Of a stretch of 32,000 nucleotides of DNA, positions 15,447 to 24,900 are shown piece by piece. The position numbers and the translations under genes are program-made. Location of the stretch: contig NC_010631.1 of the NCBI RefSeq assembly GCF_000020025.1, positions 300,001 to 332,000 on the forward strand. Direction: 5' to 3'. Position 1 is the first letter of the stretch. Each line of letters begins with the position of its first letter. The stretch comes from Nostoc punctiforme PCC 73102 (lineage in GTDB: Bacteria; Cyanobacteriota; Cyanobacteriia; Cyanobacteriales; Nostocaceae). A model generated the notes under the pieces. That model was not told the DNA's origin and made no database searches. It saw only the letters and a program-made list of their open reading frames with translations.

Positions 15447-16520
15447 ATGGTACAAGCAATTGACAACCCTATTGTTGCAAATTTCCTAACTGATGCAGTA
15501 GTCGAGCGCCACAATTTCTCGCAATTAAATAAAACTCGCATCAGATTTCGTATTCAACTAAAGAAAAGTACAAAGTCTGCCGCTCCTAAATGGGCAGATG
15601 TTTTAAAAGCTGAAGTTTCTGAAATAGAATCAGACCTCGTTAAAGTCACAAATTCCGAAGTCGGTCTGCGAGGTATTAAGGTATTCAAAAAGCTGGATGA
15701 AGCTGCTGCCCAATTGAGGCAAGAGATTGCTTCGGTTCAAGAGTGGATGTCTGCTGATACTGGAGATTGGATTTGTCCGATTGATTTGGCTCCACTCGTT
15801 TGGAGTCAGTTAATCAATATCAGAGATAATATCGCTCCTGGATTGCGTAATCAATTAAAAGCTGATTACGAAGCGGGACTTCTTGATTATCAAGAGCGCA
15901 TTGATCAGTTCCTTTCACTTAACACCTGGGAATTAGCACAGGATAAGCAAGAGTCAGTCAAAGCCAACTTGCTAAGAGCATTTCCGACTCTGACCGATCT
16001 TGAAGACTATTTGCAAGTCGTTATTGGTCGTCCGGTAATTATCCCGGCACTGTCCGAACAACTGAACCAGCAACAAGCCAAATGTCTTGACCAGATTACC
16101 AAGTTCATTCAGCAGTATGACCAAAATCTGGAGCAAAGGCTACGGGAATCTGCTTTAGCTGGTGGTGAACAACTCGCCGCGCAACTCCTTGAAGAATTGA
16201 GCGACTGGGAGCCAGGACGTAAGCCAGTACAGTTCAAAAAAAAGATGGAAAAACACCTGATGAAAGTGCGGGTGTTACTGGCAAATGCCTCACCTGAAGC
16301 TGGCAGCAGTTTAGAACAGATGATGGCGCACTTAGATTCGATTGTCACCGACCCAGCGATTGAGTCGAAGAATCTTGGTTCTGATACGCGGAGTCAATTA
16401 CAGCAAAAAATGCAAGAGATCCGCATCAAGTTGTTAGATGAACAACGCAATCTACAATCACTTGCGACTGACGATGTGGGCTTGTCAAAAGCTACGGTGA
16501 TGTCGTTCAAGTTCAGGTAA
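15447..16520 (+). CDS. hypothetical, predicted mostly alpha-helical protein (357 aa from ATG 15447)
   Basis: The track ORF starts at TTG 15432. I prefer ATG 15447 (MVQAIDNPIV) because GAGG lies at 15434-15437. No family firmly recognised. Confidence 0.6.
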   Translation: MVQAIDNPIVANFLTDAVVERHNFSQLNKTRIRFRIQLKKSTKSAAPKWADVLKAEVSEIESDLVKVTNSEVGLRGIKVFKKLDEAAAQLRQEIASVQEWMSADTGDWICPIDLAPLVWSQLINIRDNIAPGLRNQLKADYEAGLLDYQERIDQFLSLNTWELAQDKQESVKANLLRAFPTLTDLEDYLQVVIGRPVIIPALSEQLNQQQAKCLDQITKFIQQYDQNLEQRLRESALAGGEQLAAQLLEELSDWEPGRKPVQFKKKMEKHLMKVRVLLANASPEAGSSLEQMMAHLDSIVTDPAIESKNLGSDTRSQLQQKMQEIRIKLLDEQRNLQSLATDDVGLSKATVMSFKFR

Positions 16521-16652
16521 AAACAGTCTTGGGCGGGTGCATTCGCTCAAGACTGATCCCAATGGATTTAATACGTAGTTTCCAGAATAACCCAAAAAGG
16601 ATATAGCACCTTTACTATTTCTCAAACCAATTTGAAAGCCTTGGAGCTAAAA

Positions 16653-17102
16653 ATGTCGCATTTCTCAACTGTTAAAACCAAGCTTGTTAACCGTGAATGT
16701 CTGGTACAAGCTTTACAAGATTTGAAACTGAATCCGCAAGTTCACGAAACAGCACAGCCACTAAAAGGATACTACGGTGATTCTCAAGGACAAAGCGCTG
16801 AAATTATCGTATCTGGTCGCACCATAAAAGCCCGTGCAGACATCGGATTTAAGTGGAGTCAGTCAAGCGGCGTGTACGAGATAATCCACGACAGTTACGA
16901 AACAGTTCCGAAGCTGGGCAAAGACTTTTTCAGCAATAAACTAATGCTGGCTTACGGTAAACGTTTGGTAAAAGCTAAAGCTGCCGAGTTACAAGAAAAG
17001 TTCGGGGAATGTGCGATCGCTGAAGAAACCAACGGTACAGTGCAAACCCTACGGCTGACGTTTGCCGGACATCAAGAAGTTAAACAGTACGTGAGGAGAT
17101 AA
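16653..17102 (+). CDS. DUF1257 (Ycf35-like) protein
   Basis: From ATG 16653 (GGAG 8 nt upstream) the protein starts MSHFSTVKTKLVNRECLVQALQDLKL, the typical DUF1257/Ycf35 N-terminus. The track start at 16632 is a TTG. Confidence 0.75.
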   Translation: MSHFSTVKTKLVNRECLVQALQDLKLNPQVHETAQPLKGYYGDSQGQSAEIIVSGRTIKARADIGFKWSQSSGVYEIIHDSYETVPKLGKDFFSNKLMLAYGKRLVKAKAAELQEKFGECAIAEETNGTVQTLRLTFAGHQEVKQYVRR

Positions 17103-17104
17103 AC

Positions 17105-17317
17105 ATGGAACGTTCAGTTTTGATTCATTTTGACGACGCTACAGGTGAAGTTCGAGTGGAGGCTAAAGGGTTCGAGGGTTTGAGTTGTTTATCGGCTACG
17201 CAACCATTTGAAGAGGCACTTGGAGTTGTCAGCGAGAGCGATCGCACCTACAAGGATGAAGCCCAAACCCAACAGCTTCGGGCTACGAACAGTAATCAAA
17301 CACGTTTGCGTCAGTAA
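17105..17317 (+). CDS. DUF2997-like small protein
   Basis: VLIHFDDATGEVRVEAKGFEGLSCLSATQPFEEALGVV fits the DUF2997 pattern (I.pDG.V...V.G..G..C...T..le..LG). The ATG lies 2 nt after the upstream TAA, and GAGGAG sits within the end of the upstream gene. Confidence 0.7.
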   Translation: MERSVLIHFDDATGEVRVEAKGFEGLSCLSATQPFEEALGVVSESDRTYKDEAQTQQLRATNSNQTRLRQ

Positions 17318-17321
17318 TTAG

Positions 17322-17360
17322 TCATCAGTTACCAGTTTTAACTCGGCTGGTAACTGCTGA
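17322..17360 (+). promoter_or_regulatory. stem-loop in the DUF2997 / AAA+ intergenic spacer
   Basis: TCATCAGTTACCAG (17322-17335) pairs 13/14 with CTGGTAACTGCTGA (17347-17360) across an 11-nt loop. The core 10 bp are perfect. No U-tract. Confidence 0.45.
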
Positions 17361-17407
17361 TCATAAAGGCTTCGCCATTTCATAAGTGAAATATTTGAAT
17401 AATTGAC

Positions 17408-19030
17408 ATGGAACTCTCAAATCTCCTCTCCACGCTCGATTCACAAATCCCGATCGCCGCAGTTGATGTCCTGTCCCCCGATGAAGCAACTATCATTCAG
17501 TGGTTAACTACAGAGGCATCGAGCAAGCTCTCATGTCCAGTGTTCTTCTGGAATCTGGGAGTATCAACCTTAGAGCAATGCCTGATTGCGGCAGATGGTG
17601 GACTGGTGTTTAAGCCAGTTGCAGAGTACAAAAGACCTCCACAGGCTGACCCACTGCTATTTGTATTTGACTACATTGCTAACTTTAGCGGTCATGGTGT
17701 ATTTATCCTTGGAGATATTCACCCTTTCATTGCTAAGAATTCACTCCAATTGAGTTGGGAGATTTTATCCAAAGTTAAAAACCTTTACCACAGGTTAAAA
17801 CCCACAGATAAACGCATCGTACTCTTAGGACAGAACATACAATTACACGAATCTCTAATCAGATTGATTCCTTATTGTGAAGTCCCTTTACCTAGTATTG
17901 ACCAAATACTACTTCATATCACTTCTTATTTGCATGACCTACAACAGTCAGCTAGGGAGCAAGAATTAAGTTTTACTGTTACGCTTGAAAATGCTGAATT
18001 TGAAACTCTTTCTCGTGCAGCGCTGGGTTTAACCCTGGAGGAGATTAGTGATTTTCTTCGCTTAACAGTCAAAGAAAACTTAACTAATGATGGTGTCGTC
18101 GTTGACGCTGATTTTATCCCCAAAGCCGTCGAGTACAAAACTCGGCTACTGTCTCAAATGGGTATCGAGTTGGGTAAGCCAGCTACCATTCCTTTTGGCG
18201 GTTTGGATCTACTGCGCGAGTGGCTGATGAGGCGGCGGCGACTATTCACACAAGAGGCGCGAAGTCTTAGCTTACCGCAACCCAAAGGGTTGTTACTTGC
18301 AGGGCCTCCAGGTACGGGTAAAACGAGTGTCGCTAAGAACATCGCTAATATTCTCAATTTGCCATTACTCCAGCTAGACATTGCTTCCCTTTTGGGTAGT
18401 CTGGTCGGTGAGTCTGAGGGGAATGTCAGACGGGCTTTGAAAACTGCCGAGGCGATCGCACCCTGCATCTTATGGGTAGACGAGATAGAAAAAGCACTTT
18501 CGGGAACTGGTGACACGAGTGGAGTCTCACAGAGGATTCTGGGCAATATTCTTACGTTTATGTCGGAATCAACTAGTGGGGTGTTTGTCGTGGCAACTTG
18601 CAATGACCCCTCTGCGTTACCGTCTGAACTCAAAAGGAAAGGACGTTTTGATGAAAATTTCTTTGTTGATCTTCCCACAGAACCAGAACGAGTCCAGATT
18701 CTAGGGATTCATCTGCAACGTTTTGGCATTCACCTGGAATCGGAGTACCTCGAAGCGATCGCAGCTTCCACCGCGAAATTCTCCGGCGCAGAACTGGAAA
18801 CCCTTGCTTCAGAAGCGGCACTGCTGGCATTCGATGAGGATAGACCGCAGCAGGTCACGCTTGCTGACCTCGAAACCTGTCGTCAAACCATTACCCCGCT
18901 TGCCATCCAGGATGCGGCGGCTGTAGAGCGTATGCAAGCGTGGGCATCCACCGCGCGACGGGCTAGTAGTCCCGCACAAGCGGCGAAAACTCAATCTCTC
19001 AGGACTGCTAAGTTCAGAAACATGAACTGA
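17408..19030 (+). CDS. classical AAA+ ATPase with a degenerate N-terminal AAA-like domain
   Basis: Walker A GPPGTGKT (aa 299-306), Walker B CILWVDEIE, and second region of homology VVATCNDPSALPSELKRKGRFD. The N-terminal ~260 aa lack a P-loop but have a Walker-B-like VFILGDIHPF and a lid-like LSRAALGLTLEEISDFL. Confidence 0.9.
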   Translation: MELSNLLSTLDSQIPIAAVDVLSPDEATIIQWLTTEASSKLSCPVFFWNLGVSTLEQCLIAADGGLVFKPVAEYKRPPQADPLLFVFDYIANFSGHGVFILGDIHPFIAKNSLQLSWEILSKVKNLYHRLKPTDKRIVLLGQNIQLHESLIRLIPYCEVPLPSIDQILLHITSYLHDLQQSAREQELSFTVTLENAEFETLSRAALGLTLEEISDFLRLTVKENLTNDGVVVDADFIPKAVEYKTRLLSQMGIELGKPATIPFGGLDLLREWLMRRRRLFTQEARSLSLPQPKGLLLAGPPGTGKTSVAKNIANILNLPLLQLDIASLLGSLVGESEGNVRRALKTAEAIAPCILWVDEIEKALSGTGDTSGVSQRILGNILTFMSESTSGVFVVATCNDPSALPSELKRKGRFDENFFVDLPTEPERVQILGIHLQRFGIHLESEYLEAIAASTAKFSGAELETLASEAALLAFDEDRPQQVTLADLETCRQTITPLAIQDAAAVERMQAWASTARRASSPAQAAKTQSLRTAKFRNMN

Positions 19031-19037
19031 TGATAAG

Positions 19038-19067
19038 GCGATGCCTGCGGCGGGCTGCGCCTACGCC
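19038..19067 (+). repeat. short dispersed repeat copy (GCGATGCCTGCGGCGGGCTGCGCCTACGCC), intergenic
   Basis: Begins 8 nt after the AAA+ stop. It shares the core with 25291-25320 (-) and 5018-5044 (-). Confidence 0.55.
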
Positions 19068-19177
19068 CTCTGATTCTATGGGGACAACCACAATTTTCAT
19101 TCTGTCAAAATATTTCATCACAATACCAATTTCGAGAGGCAATGCCCAGAAATTAACGGGTTAATTGGGTAAAGAAC

Positions 19178-19738
19178 ATGGAAATCTATTTAGTCTTTGT
19201 TAACGCGATCCAAAACAATAATAAATTCTGGAGTGCCAAAGTTGAGGATAGCAACTTAACAGTCCAATGGGGACGTGTTGGTTATCAGGCACAAACCAAA
19301 GTCCACACATTAAGAAATTATCAACAGGCTGTTAACAAATTTCATAACTTAGTCGCTGAGAAAAAAGCTAAGGGCTACAGCGAAACTCAGCCACAAATGG
19401 ATGGCTTACGCAGTCTTGGAGACATCCGACGAGCAATACATCTATTAAACATCATCCGCCCTTGTATTGCTAATCATATCTACCATGATGGCTATATTAG
19501 CGCCCTAAATGAGTATCTGAAAATCGTTCCCACACCTTTGGGAATGCAGATAGATTATCACGGGATTTACCGCAGTGTAAGAGATGTTGACTATCAAATG
19601 GAACTGCTTAATTCTCTGTTAGCCGCACCTGTACCACAAGTTGCTGTGGTAGCTGCTGCTTCTACAAAAGAACCAACTGTAGAATCCAAGGTAGTCAGTC
19701 TCAAGACTATCAGTAAGAACTTCTGGCGACATTTGTAA
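19178..19738 (+). CDS. stand-alone WGR-domain protein
   Basis: The N-terminus NNKFWSAKVEDSNLTVQWGRVGYQAQTKVH...AVNKFHNLVAEKKAKGY is the WGR signature. The C-terminal ~100 aa are unassigned. Confidence 0.8.
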   Translation: MEIYLVFVNAIQNNNKFWSAKVEDSNLTVQWGRVGYQAQTKVHTLRNYQQAVNKFHNLVAEKKAKGYSETQPQMDGLRSLGDIRRAIHLLNIIRPCIANHIYHDGYISALNEYLKIVPTPLGMQIDYHGIYRSVRDVDYQMELLNSLLAAPVPQVAVVAAASTKEPTVESKVVSLKTISKNFWRHL

Positions 19739-19796
19739 ATTAGCTTGTTGTAAAGTATTGTAGCCAATTTACTATAGCGATGCGGATTAATTAAAT

Positions 19797-19831
19797 ATAT
19801 CCCCCAGATGCACATCGCATCTGGGGGATAT
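19797..19831. terminator. bidirectional rho-independent terminator between convergent genes
   Basis: ATATCCCCCAGATGC (19797-19811) pairs perfectly with GCATCTGGGGGATAT (19817-19831) across a 5-nt loop. TTTT follows on the plus strand and T-rich sequence follows on the minus strand. Confidence 0.75.
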
Positions 19832-19852
19832 TTTCAACTTCCATCTCTACAA

Positions 19853-20179
19853 TTATTGTTCTTGTCCTTGTCCCCGTTCTTGTCCCCGTTCTTGTCCTTG
19901 TCCTTGTCCTTGTCCTTGTCCTCGTCTTTGTCCTTGTCCTCGCGGCATACAGGCTTCAAGAGCTTGGCGATTATTTGCAGCTTCGACACAGCTCTTTCTT
20001 TGCTGTATCTCAGAGAGCCGCGCACTAATACGTTTGAGGATTTCGTCTTTGTGCTGCTGAAATTGCTGTCCGTTACCCTGATTTTGGCTATCTGATGGGG
20101 GGTTGGGGCTACTTTGTCCTAAAGCTAGACTTGGGGAAGCTAAGATCGCGACAACCGCCAAAAAGCAATAATTTTTCAT
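19853..20179 (-). CDS. small secreted protein with C-terminal (R/E)GQ repeat tail
   Basis: I prefer ATG 20179 (MKNYCFLAVVAILASPSLALG signal peptide, GAGG 5 nt upstream) over the track start at 20200. The C-terminus reads PRGQGQRRGQGQGQGQGQERGQERGQGQEQ. Confidence 0.6.
   Translation of the reverse strand: MKNYCFLAVVAILASPSLALGQSSPNPPSDSQNQGNGQQFQQHKDEILKRISARLSEIQQRKSCVEAANNRQALEACMPRGQGQRRGQGQGQGQGQERGQERGQGQEQ
19856..19942. repeat. tandem hexanucleotide repeat (CTTGTC/CTTGTCC variants)
   Basis: About 14 imperfect units that encode the GQ/RGQ tail on the minus strand. Confidence 0.8.
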
Positions 20180-20580
20180 AGTAGCCTCTAGTAAAAACAA
20201 AAGTATTCATCTATTTAAGCTATAGCTTTATCGTGATAAATATTACTGCTTAATGCTTCAGTCTTTGTACTAGTAATCTTAGGTACTTTTAATTTATCAG
20301 ACATCAGCATTTATAAGAGGTTTTAGAACAAGAAACTAGTGAGCGTTTCAGCAATGATTTTCCTCACTTGTGGGCTTGGTTTGCATAAGGTTTGGCACTA
20401 TTTCTGATTACCTACACCAAAATGTTGGGACTACCAGATTTTTTCCCGTGAGCTTATTACACTACAACATCTTTTCTGGGTGAAAAAATTATGTAAATTT
20501 AACCACATCACCCTAACGAAAGTTTACAATATAATTACTGAAACTAATCTAGCTATAACCAACAGGCTTTGGTTTGACCT

Positions 20581-20823
20581 ATGACTGATAATAAACAAAT
20601 TGTCTCCCAACTCATTCAACAAAAACCAAGACGTGTTTTGGTTGTAGCTCCAAGTGAACTAGCTATCCATCATCGTCACAGAGAATCCTTTCAAACACCG
20701 CCTAGTTTAACCAATTGCATTTTCAAAGTCATCGCTAAATTATCTATCGTCAGCGCTATGTTGTTTGGCATCAGTGCATTAGGCTATTGGGGATTAGAAA
20801 TTGTTGAAGCTAAAACAATCTAG
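20581..20823 (+). CDS. doubtful small ORF with C-terminal hydrophobic helix
   Basis: 80-aa ORF with no SD and no recognised family. The only hydrophobic segment is KLSIVSAMLFGISALGYWGL. Confidence 0.25.
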   Translation: MTDNKQIVSQLIQQKPRRVLVVAPSELAIHHRHRESFQTPPSLTNCIFKVIAKLSIVSAMLFGISALGYWGLEIVEAKTI

Positions 20824-21124
20824 ACAATAGAAGACAGATACGATTGGCAAACCCAAAAACATATTTGTTTCGGTTGGATGCTAGTTACTTTTTCTAGCTT
20901 TCTTGGGAGTGCTTCTTTTGGTAACGAGTCTCACTAATCAGTTCCAGAGAATAGAGTTCATAATAAAAATTCATCACTCAAAAGTCATAATTGAGAAGCA
21001 ATTTAATATGATTGGTAGATTGATTCATGAAAATTTCTGTTGATGTTTTAACTATTCAGACAGATGTATTCAGAATAGTTGAATTCTTATATTTGATATC
21101 TAAGTAAATTTTAGTGGAGCAATT

Positions 21125-21349
21125 ATGAATCCTATTAATCAGGCTATTTTAGAATCTCTGCGTTCTGGCGAGAAAACTGCTGGAGAATTAAAAGACATAT
21201 TTGATTGTAGTTACAGCGTCCTTGATAAGGGATTGCAGGATCTGATTGACACACACCAGATTGAAGCCGGATGGAGTAATGATAATTATCCAGCAAGAAT
21301 TTATCGGCTCAAGCGTCAGCAACAATCTATTCATTTTTGGAAAAATTAG
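21125..21349 (+). CDS. small winged-helix-like DNA-binding protein (tentative)
   Basis: GGAG lies 6 nt upstream of the ATG. ILESLRSGEKTAGELKDIFDCSYSVLDKGLQDLIDTHQIE resembles an ArsR/MarR-type wHTH core. Confidence 0.45.
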   Translation: MNPINQAILESLRSGEKTAGELKDIFDCSYSVLDKGLQDLIDTHQIEAGWSNDNYPARIYRLKRQQQSIHFWKN

Positions 21350-21983
21350 TCATTTATTTTGTTAACTGGTCAATACCTTTGCCAAAAGAAGAGGATGAGG
21401 AGAGAGGGCCGATGTAGTAGAGTTATTGTCTCTCACAACGACAAATCAAAAATCACAATCAAAAGAATGTAAAGAATATACAAAGCTCAGTATTTATATA
21501 TACATTTTTCGGCAAATAATGTGAAGAATATGCAAAGATGCATTTTTCAGCATAGATATCTAAGTAATATATTTACTAAGCAGTTATTTTGAGGCTATTT
21601 CTTCAAGCTAGACATTCACACCAAATAGTCAACAATGAGGGCAGAATTTTTTTTTGCCGCTCAAAAGTCAAATGTTAACTATTTTATTTTCTAGTAGGAC
21701 TTAAGCACTGGCAAAAAAAATATGAAGGGTGGTTGTATGCATTCAATTGTGATGAATACACACCCTGATAATTCTGTACAGTGCTTAAGACTTAGATAGT
21801 AAGAGAATAGTAAATAAGTCATAGTTAAAGCCATCTAATTGGGTAAGTTTTCGATAAATTTACTGTTCATCAAGGTTGAGGTCTGAAATATGCAGATTTC
21901 GGTGAAATTTTGTGTTTGAAAACAAGGAAAACTGTAAATTCACAACTGAAAGTTACTGAAAAAATCAATTTAGGTAGAAAATT

Positions 21984-24900
21984 ATGGCGAATATCATTGG
22001 AACCAACGGTAACGATACTCTAGTAGGCAGTTACGAAGCGGACACGATTAATGGAGAAGCAGGTAACGATACCATCACAGGTAACGAAGGTGATGACACC
22101 CTAACTGGTGGTGGTGGCAAAGATCAGTTTGTTTACAACTATTACACCGGAATTGATATCATCACGGATTTTGGCGGTATAGGCAAAGGCGTAAATCCCT
22201 CGGCAGGAGTCATCGCCGAAGTGGATACACTACAATTCCAAGGTGCTGCCTTGACTGACCGAAATATGCTGCTGACGCAGAATGGAAAGAATCTGGAAAT
22301 CACATTTGAAAATGTGCTTGATTCCAAAGTCATCCTGGAAAACTTTGCCCTGGAAAACCTGGAAAACCTGAGCAAATCTACCGGAGCCAGTGTAGACTTG
22401 GGCAATATAGAGTTTGATGGGCAAACTAGCATCACCGACAGCTTTGATGTTTTCAATGCCAACTCCACCCAAAGCACTATCTTCAACAAGAACACTGTTA
22501 CCTTCCTTAACGACCTCTCCAATAATGTTAGTGGCTTTGACAACTCAGATGATGTGATCAATGGTCAAGGTGGAAATGACCGCATTGACGGCTTGAGTGG
22601 CGACGACATACTGAGGGGTGGTGCAGGGAATGATACTCTTATTGGTGGTGCAGGGAATGATACTCTCATTGGTTATCAAGGCAATAATGCACTCATTGGT
22701 GACATTGGTGAAGACTATTTGAATGTTGATACTTCAACAGGCGATAACACTCTCAATGGTGGCATTGGTGACGATACTTTAAATGCTAGGGGAACAACAG
22801 GCAATAATTCCCTTTCTGGGGGCGATGGCAATGATTATCTTTCCACCTCTTCTTTTCCTATTTACAGCGGATACAGCTATATTGCCTCTTCAAGCAATAA
22901 CACCCTTGACGGTGGTGCTGGTAACGATACATTGAATGCTGAGTCTCCATCCGGCGATAACTTACTCTCTGGAGGCGATGGCAATGATTATCTCTCTACC
23001 TCTGGTACTAAAAGTGATAATGGGCAGCTTAATTTTACCTCAGAGGGTAATAACACCCTCGATGGTGGTGCTGGTGACGATCGCTTGTATGCTGATATTT
23101 CAACGGGTAATAACTTACTGTCTGGAGGCGATGGCAATGATACTCTCTCTACCTCTGGCACTTACACAAGAAACTCTTTTATCGTACCATCCTCTGGCAA
23201 TAACACGCTCAATGGCGGCGCTGGTGACGATTACTTGTATGCTAGCGCTTCAACGGGCAGTAACTTTTTCTCTGGGGGCGATGGCAATGATTCTTTCTCT
23301 CTAAGCACCATATCTTCAGATGGTTCCCCCTCTAACTCTTATTTAGTGACTCAAACGGTAGACGGAGGTAAGGGTGACGATTTGTTATCTTTCAATTTGT
23401 TACCTTTTCATGACAGCGACAGCAATGTTGCTGGAGGGATCATAACGACATTCAATCCAACTACAAACAAGGGAACAATTACTGCTGGTACGTATGGGGT
23501 TAATTACAAGAATATCGAAAAATTAAATATCTCAGGTACAGCCGACGATGACTTGATTTTGGGGAGCAATGGAAACGATACACTCTCCACAGGCAATGGT
23601 GGCAAAGATACGATAGATGGGGGTAAGGGTGACGATGTAATATCTATTGATTACAGTAATGCTACAAGCAAAATCATAACAACATTCAATGCCACTACTA
23701 ATACTGGCTTAATTACCGCAGGTACTTATCAGATTAGTTACAAGAATATTGAACGATTAAATATCACAGGTACAGCCTACGATGACAACATTTTGGGCAA
23801 CAATGGCAATGATACGCTCTCTACAGGCAGTGGTGGCAATGATACGATCAATGGCGGTCAAGGCGACGATATACTGTCAGTTGATTACTACACTAATACA
23901 ACAGGTATTACAACGACATACAATACCACTACTAATGCTGGAGTAATTACAGCAGGCAGTAATCGGGTTAGTTACAAGAATATCGAACGATTAGATATCT
24001 CTGGCACAGTCTCCGATGACTATATTATAGGCAACAATGGCAACGATACGCTTTCCGGGGGCTATGACGGTAATGATACGATTATTGGCGGTGCAGGAAA
24101 TGATGTCGTGATAGGTGGGAAGGGTAATGACATTTTAACTGGTGGTGTCGGCAATGATAAATTTGTTTACGATCTTTTAGAGAGCAACTATGATACTGGT
24201 ACTGATATAATCACAGATTTCGGTGGCATTGGTAAAGATTCAAATCCCTCACAAGCGGTAATTGCCTCCCTAGACACTTTGGAATTTATAGACAACAGTG
24301 GCTTCCGTCTATTTAGCGCTCAAAATCTGCAATTAACTCAAAATGGTAACAATTTAGAAATTACCTTTGAAGATTTATTTAATAGCAGTAATAGCAAAGT
24401 CATTCTCCAAAATTTCCAACTAGAAAACCTCGATGGTGAGAATATTCTATTTCCTGGACAAACCACCATCACCAACAGTATTGATGTGTTTGATGCTAAT
24501 TCCACTCAAACTAGCCTGTTGAACAAAAACACTGTTACCTTCCTCAATGACCTCAACAACAACATTACGGGTTTTGACAATTCCAATGATGTGGTGAATG
24601 GTCAAGGGGGTGACGATATCATCAACGGCTTAAGTGGTAACGATCTTTTGAGAGGTAATGCGGGAAATGATACTCTCATTGGTGGTGCGGGAAATGATAC
24701 CCTTTACGGTGGTGCTGGCAATGATCTCCTCTATGGTGGCGCTGGCAGTGATATTCTCACGGGTGACAACGGTAACGATATCTTTGCTTTTGCTGCTGGG
24801 GAAGGTACTGATACGATTACTGATTTCACTAAAAATAATGATTTGATTGGACTGTATGGTGGTTTGAGCTTTGGGCAATTAAGTTTCTCAGGTAACAATA

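Noticed and set aside
15350-15541. Minus-strand ORF 15350-15541
   Set aside because: It overlaps both the 48-codon plus-strand ORF and the start of the 357-aa gene. The plus-strand arrangement has coupled spacing and an SD, and this ORF has neither.
17926-18994. Six ORFs (both strands, 61-174 aa) inside the AAA+ gene
   Set aside because: The AAA+ frame is validated by Walker A, Walker B and SRH motifs. The others are frame shadows in a relatively GC-rich stretch.
19808-20095. ORFs 19808-20095 (+) and 19834-20025 (-), reading LSLSLS... and DKDKDK...
   Set aside because: They are alternative-frame readings of the hexanucleotide repeat. Only the frame with a signal peptide, an SD and a non-repetitive N-terminal part (19853-20179, minus strand) looks genuine. 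The repeat is far too short-period to be a CRISPR array.
21095-21107. 13-mer GATATCTAAGTAA at 21095-21107 and 21555-21567 as possible binding sites of the small wHTH protein
   Set aside because: Exact 13-mer recurrences are expected by chance in an AT-rich 32-kb window, and there is no palindromic structure. I noted it but do not consider it supported.
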